A stretch of DNA of 64,000 nucleotides, from assembly GCA_903832665.1 (NCBI GenBank), contig CAILCG010000010.1, positions 9,061-73,060 on the forward strand. The letters run 5' to 3'. This document shows, piece after piece, positions 28,632 to 38,510 of the stretch. Both the position numbers and the translations under genes were made by a program. The stretch comes from an uncultured Methanomicrobiales archaeon (lineage in GTDB: Archaea; Halobacteriota; Methanomicrobia; Methanomicrobiales; Methanospirillaceae). How positions within the stretch are numbered: position 1 is the first letter of the stretch; the number at the start of each line of letters is the position of its first letter. The notes below the pieces were generated by a model. That model was not told where the DNA came from and made no database searches. It saw nothing but the letters and a program-made list of their open reading frames with translations.

Positions 28632-29210
28632 TTAAACAATGATGACTGCTCCTATAATCACCATCGCTGTCGCAACGGGGAACTCATCTGAGGGGGCAGG
28701 TGATGCAGGGGGAGCGGTCGTTGTTGTCGTCACCACTGGACCGTCAGCGGGGATCCGGGTATTCGCCGTTGAGAATACCGTGGGATTCGGTACCTGAATG
28801 CTTGTGACGGGAACAATTGGGGAGGCTGCTGAAACGTTCGTAGCGTTTTGCGTCTTTACGGTAATCGCAAAGTACGAGAACCCGGGAGTAACTCCCTGGA
28901 ACGTATAGGATGTTCCCGACAGGCTGATGAACGTTGTCGGAAGCGCGGTCCACTGGTTGTTGCTGTACCGCATCAGGACAATATCTGCCGGGGCAACATT
29001 GTGGCTGGAGAGCCATTCCTGGCTTACCACGAAGGTGATCGTTCCCGAGGAGATGGCGCCAGGCGTGACACCGATAGGCGAGATCTCCAGGTACCCTGCC
29101 ACCGGCTGGCCATGGACCTGCATCGCATCTCCCAGGGTCACCGGCTGGGCCGTGACGGCAAAAGATTCCGTCTCTCTCCCCGTTGAGATCTGGACCTGGC
29201 TTACCCCCAC
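28632..29210 (-). pseudogene. PGF-pre-PGF-domain surface protein fragment with C-terminal TM anchor, lacking signal peptide and ATG start
   Basis: Contains ...ITFVVSQEWLSSHNVAPADIVLMRYSNNQWTALP...GVTPGFSYFAITVK, a Thr/Pro linker and the TM helix VATAMVIIGAVIIV. The frame is open only up to a TAA at 29268-29270, and the only start is GTG. Confidence 0.5.
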
Positions 29211-29387
29211 GTTCGTGGTGGCACCGGGCTGCTGATTGAAGGAGAGGGAGAACGTTCCTCCGAAATCTTAAAAAGGACCCTATTGGATTGCGATGAAGCC
29301 ACGGGTGCTCGGGGTCTCATCGACCCTCGCCCCGTGGAGCATTGCCATAAAAAATACTTCGGCGGCTGGTTATATCCCAACGAAAAG

Positions 29388-29456
29388 ATGGGGGTCAAGG
29401 GGATACGCCCCCTTGGGCTGCCTCCCCCATTGGGGGAGTGAGGGGGGTCACCATCG
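29388..29456 (-). repeat. dispersed ~65-nt two-hairpin intergenic element, copy 1
   Basis: The reverse complement is GATGGTGACCCCCCTCACTCCCCCAATGGGGGAGGCAGCCCAAGGGGGCGTATCCCCTTGACCCCCAT. It matches 62350-62413 at roughly 80-85% identity. Confidence 0.65.
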
Positions 29457-29521
29457 CAATTTCCACTGAGCGTGAAAAATGATTTCTCCAGAGCAAAAAA
29501 GACATAAAAAAAAAGATTGAT

Positions 29522-29911
29522 TCACTCCGGCGCAAACTTTGTGCCGTAGTGGATGATGCCGCTCTCGCCATCGGTGGCGATCCTGCGGAAGATGCTCTTG
29601 ACCCGCATCCCGATCTTTGCTTCGCTGGGGTCGCAGACGATCTGGGTGGTCATCTGGGGGCCTTCATCGAGCTTGATGATGGCGAGCACATACGGCCCGT
29701 GGGAAGCGAACTGGTCGGGTGCCGTCTGGATGATCGTGTACGTGACAATGGTTCCCTTGCCGGAAAACTTGTGATCTACGACTTTGCCTTCCCTGCGGCA
29801 GTCGGGGCAGAAGGTTCGCGGGGGGAAGAAGTGACGCTTGCAGGTCTCGCACTTGGTCCCGATCAGGTTGTAGCGCTGGGGAATCTTTCTCCAGAATCGT
29901 GCAACAGACAT
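29522..29911 (-). CDS. DUF35 OB-fold/zinc-ribbon protein (scaffold subunit of the archaeal thiolase/HMG-CoA synthase complex)
   Basis: Starts MSVARFWRKIPQRYNLIGTKCETCKRHFFPPRTFCPDCRR. It lies immediately downstream of the thiolase gene. Confidence 0.8.
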   Translation of the reverse strand: MSVARFWRKIPQRYNLIGTKCETCKRHFFPPRTFCPDCRREGKVVDHKFSGKGTIVTYTIIQTAPDQFASHGPYVLAIIKLDEGPQMTTQIVCDPSEAKIGMRVKSIFRRIATDGESGIIHYGTKFAPE

Positions 29912-29912
29912 T

Positions 29913-31079
29913 TCAGACCCTCCCGAGGATGTGAACCGCAACCGTAGCACCGGTACCGCCAACGTTCTGTGTCATGCCGATCTTTGCGCCGTCGATCTGG
30001 CGTTTGCCCGCGGTGCCGCGAAGCTGCTGGACGATCTCGTACACCTGCTTGATGCCGGTTGCTCCGACCGGGTGGCCGCAGGCCTTGAGGCCGCCGCTCG
30101 TGTTGACCGGGATCTTGCCGCCAAGGGCAGTCTCGTCGTCAGCAGTGAACTTGCCGGCGGTACCCTTCTTGCAGAACCCGAGGTCCTCGATGGCACAGAG
30201 CTCTGCTATCGAGAAACAGTCATGTACTTCTACCATGTTGATGTCCTTGTGCGTCAGCTTGGCCATCTTGAACGCCCGCTGGCCGGCTGCGACGGTCGCG
30301 TCCATGGTCGAGATGTCCCTGCGGTCATGGAGGGCGATCGAGTCGCTAGCCTGTGCGGTTGCGAGCACCTTGATCGGGGTGTCGGTGAACTCACGGGCCC
30401 GGTCGAGCGGTGCGAGGATGACTGCCGCTGCCCCATCGGTGATGGGTGAGCAGTCGAAGAGCCGGAGGGGCTCGGCCACCATGGTGGATCGCAGCACAGT
30501 ATCAAGGGTGATCTCCTGCTGGAACTGGGCGATCGGGTTGCGGGCGCCATTGTAATGGTTCTTCACCGCAACCTGTGCCAGCTGTTCGCGGGTCATGCCG
30601 TACTTGTGCATGTAGTCTTTGGCGATCATCGCATAGAGGCCGGGGAATGTCGCTCCGACAAACCCTTCCCACTCGCGGTCAGCAGCACCGGTGAGGGCAT
30701 CGGTGCTTGCGCCGGGCTCCACATCGGTCATCTTTTCGACACCTGCTGCAACCACGATATCTTCCATACCGCTGGCAACAGCGATCACTGCCTGCCGGAA
30801 GGCAAGCCCGCCGGATGCGCAGGCCGCTTCGACCCGGGTTGACGGGATGTGACGGGTTGCCATGCCCGCGTAGTCAGCGATCAGGGCACCGATGTGCTCC
30901 TGCTCGATGAAACGGCCGGCACTCATGTTGCCGACATACATCGCATCGATCTTCTCACCGGAGAGCTGGGCATCCTCAAGGGCAAGCGCCCCGGCCTCCA
31001 CGAACATATCCCGGAAGGATTCCGACCATTTCTCACCGAACCGGGTGCATCCAATTCCAATCACTGCTACGTCTCTCAT
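29913..31079 (-). CDS. acetyl-CoA acetyltransferase (acetoacetyl-CoA thiolase)
   Basis: 388 aa with [16 protein letters not shown], active-site region VEAACASGG and C-terminal GGTGATVAV. Confidence 0.85.
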   Translation of the reverse strand: MRDVAVIGIGCTRFGEKWSESFRDMFVEAGALALEDAQLSGEKIDAMYVGNMSAGRFIEQEHIGALIADYAGMATRHIPSTRVEAACASGGLAFRQAVIAVASGMEDIVVAAGVEKMTDVEPGASTDALTGAADREWEGFVGATFPGLYAMIAKDYMHKYGMTREQLAQVAVKNHYNGARNPIAQFQQEITLDTVLRSTMVAEPLRLFDCSPITDGAAAVILAPLDRAREFTDTPIKVLATAQASDSIALHDRRDISTMDATVAAGQRAFKMAKLTHKDINMVEVHDCFSIAELCAIEDLGFCKKGTAGKFTADDETALGGKIPVNTSGGLKACGHPVGATGIKQVYEIVQQLRGTAGKRQIDGAKIGMTQNVGGTGATVAVHILGRV

Positions 31080-32128
31080 GATTGCATCACCAGTTTTCCC
31101 TTGTGCTGGGCATATCGCGCATAGTCAAGGTAGATGGGATTCTTAAGCTGCTGTTCGACTCCCGGTGCTGCATCGCGTTTGAACACGTCTGACTTGATGG
31201 CATCGGTCACTTCAATATCGAACGCATCGCTGCCTGCTCCTGATCCGAACGAGCAGACAAAGATCGTGTCGCCCGGCTTGGCAATATCGAGCGTTGCTGC
31301 AAGGCCAATGGGTGAAGCGCCGGAGTAGGTATTGCCGAGGCGCGGTACTACGAGGCCCGGCTTGATCTGCTCGGTAGTGAACCCGAGATCCTTTGCTGCT
31401 TTCTGCGGGAACTTTGCGTTGGGCTGGTGGAAGACCGCATAGGTGAAGTCCTTAGGTGACTTTTTGGTCTGCTCCAGAAGAAGGTTGCTTGCGCCCTTCA
31501 CATGCTTGAAGTAGCCGGGATCGCCGGTGAACCGACCGCCGTGGCGGGGGTAATCCTGTCCTTCGCGGCGCCAGAAGTCGGGCGTGTCGGAAGTGAACGA
31601 GCAGGTGTGGTGGATCGTGGCGATCGGGTCGTTGTTCCCGATCACGTAGGCCGCACCGCCCGCTGCTGCCGTATATTCGAGCGCATCGCCCGGTGCCCCC
31701 TGCGAGACATCGGAACCAATGGCAAGCCCGAACGGAATCATGTTGCTCTTGACCATACCCATACAGGTCTGGATCGCAGCAGTGCCCGCCTTGCAGGCGA
31801 ACTCAAAATCTGCGGCGGTCATGTTGGGGGTAGCACCGATGGCTTCCCCGACCGTGCACGCAGTGGGTTTCACGGCATACGGGTGCGACTCGCTGCCCAC
31901 ATAGACGGCCCCGATATCTTTGGGGTCGACATACCTGCGCAGGAGTGCGTTTCGTGCCGCTTCAACCGCGATCGTTGCGGCGTCTTCGTCCAGGTCGGGA
32001 ACGGACTTCTCAAAAACGCCCAGTCCACCGGTAATATCTGCGGCATTTGCACCCCAGACCCGGGCAATCTCTTCGACCTTAATTCGATATCTCGGTATAT
32101 ACACACCGTAAGTAATAATGCCTACCAT
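31076..32128 (-). CDS. HMG-CoA synthase (archaeal type)
   Basis: 350 aa with [16 protein letters not shown]...[11 protein letters not shown]...[13 protein letters not shown] overlap with the thiolase gene. Confidence 0.85.
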   Translation of the reverse strand: MVGIITYGVYIPRYRIKVEEIARVWGANAADITGGLGVFEKSVPDLDEDAATIAVEAARNALLRRYVDPKDIGAVYVGSESHPYAVKPTACTVGEAIGATPNMTAADFEFACKAGTAAIQTCMGMVKSNMIPFGLAIGSDVSQGAPGDALEYTAAAGGAAYVIGNNDPIATIHHTCSFTSDTPDFWRREGQDYPRHGGRFTGDPGYFKHVKGASNLLLEQTKKSPKDFTYAVFHQPNAKFPQKAAKDLGFTTEQIKPGLVVPRLGNTYSGASPIGLAATLDIAKPGDTIFVCSFGSGAGSDAFDIEVTDAIKSDVFKRDAAPGVEQQLKNPIYLDYARYAQHKGKLVMQS

Positions 32129-32844
32129 TCTTTGTCCCTCAAAGTACTCACGATTTTATCCACATCCATGCTCGTACACAGCACGGTGATGCGATCGCGT
32201 TCCGCCATTTTTTCCACTATTGGGTGGACATCTGCTGCTTCGATACCCTGCAGCACCACACATCGCGGCTTGAACGGCGTTACCCGGATCGCTACCATCG
32301 GTGATTTCCCGGTCGAGACATTGGTAAAGACCAACGCCCGTTCCGTGCTCCAGCCGTACAGGCGATTGAACTCATCGGATGAGAGTTGCATGATCGCGTT
32401 TAAGCTGTTGACCACGGTATAGCCAAAGATGGTCTGGTCCATGGATCCGCAGAGTAATGTGCAGCCTATCGCTTCGGAAAAATCTTTCAGCGCAACAGGT
32501 GTGCCGTACTCGTGGAGGTCATAAATCACATCATCGTCAACTGCCGAAAAGAGCATGGTTGAGAATTTTTCAATATGTTTTCCGCCGGTCTCCTCATCAG
32601 TGGTGAGGAGCGTATCGACAATTTTGCCGACAACAGCGGTTCCAGGGCTTTTTCTCCGTCCGCTCTCGTAATCACTGATTACAGACGGTGAGACGCCAAG
32701 GCGTTCGGATAAAACGCCGGGTGCGATCTCGAAATTCATGCGCCACTTTTTGAGCGCATGCCCCGGTGAGTCCGACAGCGTTATCTCACCTGCCATCTTT
32801 TCGGCAAGCTGGTTCCGCTTTCCGGATTTCATGCTCATTAACAA
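32122..32844 (-). CDS. XRE-type HTH regulator with C-terminal domain, first gene of the thiolase/HMGCS operon
   Basis: Contains [34 protein letters not shown] (HTH_3-like). It overlaps HMGCS by 7 nt. Confidence 0.55.
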   Translation of the reverse strand: MLMSMKSGKRNQLAEKMAGEITLSDSPGHALKKWRMNFEIAPGVLSERLGVSPSVISDYESGRRKSPGTAVVGKIVDTLLTTDEETGGKHIEKFSTMLFSAVDDDVIYDLHEYGTPVALKDFSEAIGCTLLCGSMDQTIFGYTVVNSLNAIMQLSSDEFNRLYGWSTERALVFTNVSTGKSPMVAIRVTPFKPRCVVLQGIEAADVHPIVEKMAERDRITVLCTSMDVDKIVSTLRDKEW

Positions 32845-32956
32845 AGACCCATGGAGTTATATAATTAGCGAACGCGCATTCGACAGTGAACGAACGCCGA
32901 CGAAGAATTTTCCGGAGGGCAACCCATAAATAGGGGGCAACTCAATTTTGATAATC

Positions 32957-33622
32957 ATGATACCCGCTGAAGATCTCCCGTGTCTCAAAGCCATTGCACT
33001 GCGGGGCGGTTGCAAGGGCCCGGTCTTTGTCTCCACGCAGAGCATCGGCACAATGCTTGCGATCAGCCAGCAGACTGCATCGCGACGACTGAAAGGTCTT
33101 GAAACCCAGGGACTGATCACCCGGACCCTTTCTGCAGACGGCCAGCATGTTACTCTTACCAAACATGGAGAGGATGAGCTGCGCCGCGAATTCCAGGAAT
33201 ATTCCCGGATATTTACCGAGGGTGGGAAGACCTATGTCCTGAATGGTGCCGTGGTCTCGGGGATTGGGGAAGGAAAATACTACATGAGCCTTCCCAGTTA
33301 CAAGGAACAGTTCAACACCCATCTCGGGTTTGAGCCGTACCCGGGCACCCTTAACATTCGTCTGGCTCCCACCAGCATTCCGGTGCGCAAGAAGATCGAC
33401 GCGCTCGAATGGACCCGCATCAAGGGATTCTCCACGGACGGGCGGACCTTTGGCGATGCGAAATGTATTCCGTGCCGGATTGGTTCGATCTCCTGCGGGA
33501 TCGTGATGCCTGGAAGGACCCATTACCCCGAGGACATCATCGAAGTGATTGCCCCGATGGCGCTGCGCCGGAAACTCGGTGTCGAGGACTCGGACAGCGT
33601 GAGTGTCGAGGTGGGGCCGTGA
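32957..33622 (+). CDS. ribK: CTP-dependent riboflavin kinase fused to an N-terminal winged-helix domain (RbkR-type architecture)
   Basis: N-terminal wHTH (STQSIGTMLAISQQTASRRLKGLETQGLI), followed by VVSGIGEGKYYMSL...GFEPYPGTLNIRL, typical of the archaeal MJ0056-type kinase. Confidence 0.75.
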   Translation: MIPAEDLPCLKAIALRGGCKGPVFVSTQSIGTMLAISQQTASRRLKGLETQGLITRTLSADGQHVTLTKHGEDELRREFQEYSRIFTEGGKTYVLNGAVVSGIGEGKYYMSLPSYKEQFNTHLGFEPYPGTLNIRLAPTSIPVRKKIDALEWTRIKGFSTDGRTFGDAKCIPCRIGSISCGIVMPGRTHYPEDIIEVIAPMALRRKLGVEDSDSVSVEVGP

Positions 33623-34299
33623 TGGATGAGGCGCTTGCAGCGCTCCGTGACGGGAAGTTCATTCTTCTCTATGATTTCGCCGACCGCGAAGGCGAGACGG
33701 ATTTTGCGATCCGCTCGGATGCGGTCAAACCAAAGGATATCCTGCGGATGCGCAAGGATGGCGGTGGATTGATCTGTACTGCTGTCCACCCGATTGCTGC
33801 CCAGCGGCTCGGTCTCCCGTTTGCCAGCGATGCCCTCCGGGCGATTGCGGTTGCGGAACGGGAAGGCGATATCCCGTACGACCGGAAGAACCACTCCTCC
33901 TTCTCGCTCTGGGTGAACCACCGCAATACCTTCACCGGTATCACCGACCGGGACCGCACCCTGACGGTCAACGCGATTGCCGAGCAGGTGAAGCTGGCGC
34001 TGAACGGTGGCAGTGTCAACTTCCATGAGACGTTCCGCACGCCGGGCCACATGGCGCTTCTTCGGGCGGCAGACGGTCTTCTCGATGTACGGAAGGGCCA
34101 GACCGAGCTCTCGATCGCGATGGCCGAAATGGCGGGGATCACGCCGGCGGTCACCATCTGCGAGATGCTGGACGATGAATCCGGCAATGCCCTCTCAAAG
34201 GAAGATGCAATGCGCTATGCCCGGAAGCACGGGCTCGTGTTTGTCGAAGGGCCGGAAGTCCTTGAACAGTGGGAAGCGGATAAAAACAGGAAAAAATAG
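33622..34299 (+). CDS. ribB: 3,4-dihydroxy-2-butanone 4-phosphate synthase
   Basis: Starts MDEALAALRDGKFILLYDFADREGETDFAI and later has RTPGHMALLRA. ATGA overlap with ribK. Confidence 0.8.
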   Translation: MDEALAALRDGKFILLYDFADREGETDFAIRSDAVKPKDILRMRKDGGGLICTAVHPIAAQRLGLPFASDALRAIAVAEREGDIPYDRKNHSSFSLWVNHRNTFTGITDRDRTLTVNAIAEQVKLALNGGSVNFHETFRTPGHMALLRAADGLLDVRKGQTELSIAMAEMAGITPAVTICEMLDDESGNALSKEDAMRYARKHGLVFVEGPEVLEQWEADKNRKK

Positions 34300-34392
34300 A
34301 AATTTCTTTTTTTGACTAACGTTTTTGACGACCGATATGCCAATTTTCCCAGTATGGCAACCTGAAGGTCAAATTTTTAACACAGATGCCGG

Positions 34393-35151
34393 TCAGGCTT
34401 TTCCCCGGATCATCCGGGTGACCTGCTCGCGGATCCGGATAAATTCTGGATCAGCCTTATCCCGGGGATAGGGGAGATCGATAGGCAGGATATCAGACAC
34501 CACTGCCGGCCTCCCTGAGAGAATGACTATCCGGTCCGCAATATAGATCGCCTCCTCCGGATTATGCGTCACCATGAGAAAGGTGGTTTTCAGGTCCTGC
34601 CGTATTCTCACTACCTCATCCTCAAGTTCTCTCCGGGTGAAGGTGTCGAGCGCAGAGAACGGCTCATCCATCAGGAGGATTGAGGGTTTGATGGCCAGCG
34701 CCCGGGCAACCGAGGCTCGCTGCTTCATACCACCGGATAGCTGATGAGGGTAAGAGAGTGCAAACGCGGTTAAGTGGGTGAGATCCAGAAGCGATTCTGC
34801 CCGCTTTGCGATCTCCTCTTCCGGCAGATTCTGCACGGAAAGCCGGAGGCCGTACACAATGTTCTCATAGACCGTGAGCCACGGGAAGAGAGCATGGTCC
34901 TGGAAGACCATGGCCACGGATGGCTTTCCGTCTTTGTTACCGGCTGTCTGGGAAATCCTGCCTGCATCCGCGGAATCGAGGCCCCCGATGATCCGGAGCA
35001 GCGTGGACTTGCCGCAGCCGGAGGGTCCCATTATGCAGACGATCTCCCGGGCGGCGACATCAAAAGAGATCCCGGCAAGAGCAGGACAGGACTTTTCATT
35101 ATCCCGGAACGTCTTTACGATCCCGTCAAGGGAGAGAACCGGCTCCATCAT
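34393..35151 (-). CDS. ABC transporter ATP-binding protein (NitT/TauT, nitrate/sulfonate/taurine type)
   Basis: Walker A GPSGCGKST, signature LSGGMKQR, Walker B LLMDEP. Start at 35151 (ATGA overlap with the permease gene). Confidence 0.8.
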   Translation of the reverse strand: MMEPVLSLDGIVKTFRDNEKSCPALAGISFDVAAREIVCIMGPSGCGKSTLLRIIGGLDSADAGRISQTAGNKDGKPSVAMVFQDHALFPWLTVYENIVYGLRLSVQNLPEEEIAKRAESLLDLTHLTAFALSYPHQLSGGMKQRASVARALAIKPSILLMDEPFSALDTFTRRELEDEVVRIRQDLKTTFLMVTHNPEEAIYIADRIVILSGRPAVVSDILPIDLPYPRDKADPEFIRIREQVTRMIRGKA

Positions 35152-35933
35152 TCCCTCCCCTGCCAGCCAAAGAGCCTTTCCTGTCCAGCCCGGAAGAGAG
35201 TATCCGCCCCGAGGCCTATGACGCCGATGATGATCATCCCGGCGCCAATCACCTGGAGCTGGCCAAGTTTGTAGGCATACATGATCAGATAACCAAGGCC
35301 GGCTGTTGTCCCGGGCAACATCTCTGCAGCAACCACGCACATCCATGCCACGCCAAACGAAACGCGGAGGCCGTTCCAGATCACCGGAAGCGCACCGGGA
35401 AGGATGACGGTGCGGAGCTGCTCGAACGTAGTAGCATGGAAGGTCTCCGCTACTTCGATCCACCGCAGACGAACCCCCTGCACCCCGTCAACGGTATTGA
35501 TCAGGATCGGGAAGAACGCACCCATGCCAATGATGAAGAGGATGGAATTAAAACCGATACCGAACCATGCGATGGAAAACGGCATCCAGGCAATCGGGGG
35601 GACCGGGCGAAGGATCTGGATAGTGGGGTTGAGATATTTCTGAACTTCTTTGGACCAGCCGATGAAGAGGCCGAGCGGGATGGCAACAGCGGCTGCACAG
35701 AGGAACCCGGTGAGGACCTCCCTGAGGCTTTGGATCGTGTTCTGGATCAGGGACTCGCCGCCAAGAACCGGTGCTGCCGGTTGGAGCAGTACGGAAAAAA
35801 TTTCACCGAGCCGCGGGAGGATGTAATTGTTCTGTATCATGAGGGCAAAACCCTCCCAGCTGATCAGGAGGATGACGATGAGTGCCAGTCCTTTGCCGTA
35901 ATCACGGATATTCTGCTTCGAAATCAGTACCAT
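35148..35933 (-). CDS. ABC transporter permease (NitT/TauT type)
   Basis: 261 aa with 6 TM helices and a BPD-type inner-membrane component pattern. Confidence 0.75.
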   Translation of the reverse strand: MVLISKQNIRDYGKGLALIVILLISWEGFALMIQNNYILPRLGEIFSVLLQPAAPVLGGESLIQNTIQSLREVLTGFLCAAAVAIPLGLFIGWSKEVQKYLNPTIQILRPVPPIAWMPFSIAWFGIGFNSILFIIGMGAFFPILINTVDGVQGVRLRWIEVAETFHATTFEQLRTVILPGALPVIWNGLRVSFGVAWMCVVAAEMLPGTTAGLGYLIMYAYKLGQLQVIGAGMIIIGVIGLGADTLFRAGQERLFGWQGRE

Positions 35934-36519
35934 AGAATTTCACCGAGATGTTCTCATACGCAAACGCTTCCCGTACCATGTCTTCTTGGATCGAGCTCTG
36001 GACCGTGGCAATAACCACCGGCTTACCATGAGCAGAGCGGCCTTTCACCCATGTGACAAAGCCCGTCCAGTTATTACAGGGAGCCTTGTTCCCGACAACC
36101 AGCCCGGACCCTCCGGTGTTGATAGACTGGATGATGGATGACGGGTTGCCCAGACCGATCTGCTGTTCCGCAGGAACCGATCCCACAAAGGCCCCGTCGA
36201 GCGCATTCTGGCCGACGGTGGTCATGATGCCTCCGCCGGACTGTCCGGGGACGAGATTGACATGGGCAAACGTCTCTCCCCGCACAAAGAGTGTGCAGGA
36301 GACCGGGCGGGATGCTTTCGGATCATCAGGGACAAGGCAGAATCCGTACCGGTCGCAGAAATACGTAGAATCCTTGACCATGACGTAGAGGGGGGCGTAA
36401 TTATCGGTCGAAGATATATAGCCGAGGCCGAGGGTAGGTATGTTCGAGTCAGCCACAGGAATCGATACGTTTGTCAGGTACTGCTGCGCCTGTCGTGCAA
36501 CGGCAGGGTTCATCATCAA
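35902..36519 (-). CDS. NMT1/SsuA-like substrate-binding protein segment (equivalent to the N-terminal two thirds), no signal peptide
   Basis: Contains TLGLGYISSTDNYAPLYVM...GGGIMTTVGQNALDGAFVGSVPAEQ...GGSGLVVG...IATVQSSIQEDMVREA. The track start is TTG. Confidence 0.5.
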   Translation of the reverse strand: MMMNPAVARQAQQYLTNVSIPVADSNIPTLGLGYISSTDNYAPLYVMVKDSTYFCDRYGFCLVPDDPKASRPVSCTLFVRGETFAHVNLVPGQSGGGIMTTVGQNALDGAFVGSVPAEQQIGLGNPSSIIQSINTGGSGLVVGNKAPCNNWTGFVTWVKGRSAHGKPVVIATVQSSIQEDMVREAFAYENISVKFYGTDFEAEYP

Positions 36520-37121
36520 CAGGGGATTATATGTGCTGTTCGGTGTTTTTTTAATAATGCTCCCGACAATACCGGATTCGGGGGGACTGCTCGGGCCGTA
36601 AAGACAATGTTGGCAAAGGCGTGCTTCTCGACATCAAGCGGCTGAAGCGACCCCGCGGGGGTCAGGATCGGGTTCTTTCCATAGACCCAGGCTGCGGTGA
36701 TATTTTCTGCCAGTGCCTGGTCCTCCTGGGTACGGTTTATCGCTGCTATTGTAAGGGAGGAGAACAGGGCTGAGGTGTTCGGGTAATTTTTGATGAAATC
36801 ATTGCGCAGTACCATTACATTGATGGCCTGATCATTCCATTTTCCCGGGGGAGGGAGATCGGATGGGACCGCGATGCATTTTCCAATGCCGGAGAGCTCG
36901 GCATTCGAGACCACCGGCTCCCATATCAGGAATGCATCGATCTGACCGGTATTGAGCAGCTGGCCCATTGAGCCGGAGGATGCGTATAAAAGATACACGG
37001 ATGGGCGATTATCGATGGGTTGGATAAGCCCGGGCACTACATTGTAACAGAGCAGAAAGATCAGAAACACCAGGATACATCCCGCAATGATGAGTTCCCG
37101 GTACGGCGTGTGTCGTGGCAT
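36516..37121 (-). CDS. membrane-anchored NMT1/SsuA-like substrate-binding protein segment (equivalent to the C-terminal third)
   Basis: N-terminal TM LIIAGCILVFLIFLLCY, then GQLLNTGQIDAFLIWEPVVSNAE...VMVLRNDFIKNYPNT. Confidence 0.5.
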   Translation of the reverse strand: MPRHTPYRELIIAGCILVFLIFLLCYNVVPGLIQPIDNRPSVYLLYASSGSMGQLLNTGQIDAFLIWEPVVSNAELSGIGKCIAVPSDLPPPGKWNDQAINVMVLRNDFIKNYPNTSALFSSLTIAAINRTQEDQALAENITAAWVYGKNPILTPAGSLQPLDVEKHAFANIVFTARAVPPNPVLSGALLKKHRTAHIIPC

Positions 37122-37268
37122 GAATGGATCGTTATCGATATGTATGAGATCCGGATATATATGCTAAAAGGTTTTCTCATCGCACCGGGTGAGACGTATG
37201 CATAGTATTCGACTCTCCCTGAGCATTTCATCACTCTTATTACCCATTCACCCCAAATTTTTATCAGC

Positions 37269-38453
37269 ATGAAAGTCCCTCTCACCGAACTCGAAGACCG
37301 GCTGAATCGTTTCCGGGCCCGGATGGACAGCGCCCGGCCCGGCTGGGAGCTTGCGGCGATAGTCGGAAAGATCCCCCTCTATTATTTCACCGGCACCATG
37401 CAGGACGGGCTCCTGCTCATCCCGCTTGACGGCGAGGCGGTGTTCTGGGTCCGGCAGAGCTTCGAGCGGGCACAGGACGAGTCACTCTTCCCGGACATCC
37501 GGCCGATGAGAAGCTACCGGGATGTAGCAGCGGGCATGGGCAGTCTCCCATCGACCGTGTATCTTGAGACCGACACGACGCCGATCGCCCAGCTTCAGCG
37601 GCTGCAGAAGTACCTCCCGTTTACGGATGTGCAGTCAGTTGATGAACAGGTAGGGGCAGTCAGGGCGGTCAAGAGCCGGTATGAACTCTCGTTGATGGAA
37701 CACGCCGGGAAGATTCACCGCCACGTGCTCGAAGACTGCATTCCCGGAATGCTCGCAGAAGGGATCGATGAGGTGGGGCTCACCTGCGATCTCTACTCCC
37801 TCATGATGAAGGAAGGTCACCAGGGCATCATCCGGTTCGGCATGTTCAACGAGATGCTGCTCGGGCAGATCGGGTTTGGCACCAGCTCCATCTCCCCAAC
37901 GTGTGTGAATACGCCCGGCGGTATTTTCGGCATGCACCCGTCCGTCCCGCTGATGGGTTGCCGGGAACGGAAACTGAAGAAGGGCGATATGGTCGTGATC
38001 GATATCGGGTGCGGGTACAAAGGATACCAGACCGACAAGACCCTGAGCTACATGTTCGGAAAGCCTATCCCCGATCAGGCGATACGGGAACATGAGCGAT
38101 GCGTGGCGATCCAGGATCAGCTTGCGGCGCTCCTCAGGCCGGGTGCCATCCCGTCAGAGATCTATACTGCAGTCGTGGAGGGACTTGAGCCGGAGTTCCA
38201 GAACAACTTCATGGGATTCGGGAAACACAAGGTCAAGTTCCTTGGTCACGGGATCGGGCTCTGGATCGATGAGATGCCGGTCATTGAGGAGGGATTCGAT
38301 GAACCTCTTCAGGAAGGAATGGTCTTTGCTCTCGAACCCAAGAAGGGAATTCCGGATGTCGGGCTTGTGGGCATTGAGAATACCTTTATCGTAACACCGC
38401 AGGGTGGCCTTTCGATCACCGGAAAAAGCAAGGGACTTATTGAAGTATACTGA
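37269..38453 (+). CDS. M24-family Xaa-Pro aminopeptidase
   Basis: 394 aa with a creatinase-N domain followed by a pita-bread fold (VVIDIGCGYKGYQTDKT...GHGIGLWIDE...ALEP...IENT). Confidence 0.75.
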   Translation: MKVPLTELEDRLNRFRARMDSARPGWELAAIVGKIPLYYFTGTMQDGLLLIPLDGEAVFWVRQSFERAQDESLFPDIRPMRSYRDVAAGMGSLPSTVYLETDTTPIAQLQRLQKYLPFTDVQSVDEQVGAVRAVKSRYELSLMEHAGKIHRHVLEDCIPGMLAEGIDEVGLTCDLYSLMMKEGHQGIIRFGMFNEMLLGQIGFGTSSISPTCVNTPGGIFGMHPSVPLMGCRERKLKKGDMVVIDIGCGYKGYQTDKTLSYMFGKPIPDQAIREHERCVAIQDQLAALLRPGAIPSEIYTAVVEGLEPEFQNNFMGFGKHKVKFLGHGIGLWIDEMPVIEEGFDEPLQEGMVFALEPKKGIPDVGLVGIENTFIVTPQGGLSITGKSKGLIEVY

Positions 38454-38510
38454 CACAAAATTCAGGAACGAAGATTCAGGGACCGGTCCTGGTATCTTTG
38501 AAAAAAATTC

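Noticed and set aside
25894-32128. The mevalonate-pathway cluster (hmgA plus the thiolase/HMGCS/DUF35 operon) as a possible novelty.
   Set aside because: This is the standard archaeal arrangement, and the thiolase/HMGCS/DUF35 complex is already known. Only the repeat-filled spacer and the truncated surface gene between the two parts are unusual, and those are reported separately.
32957-33622. The wHTH-riboflavin kinase fusion as a possible novel regulator.
   Set aside because: The architecture matches the already described archaeal RbkR-type bifunctional kinase/regulator. I could not identify its operator by eye.
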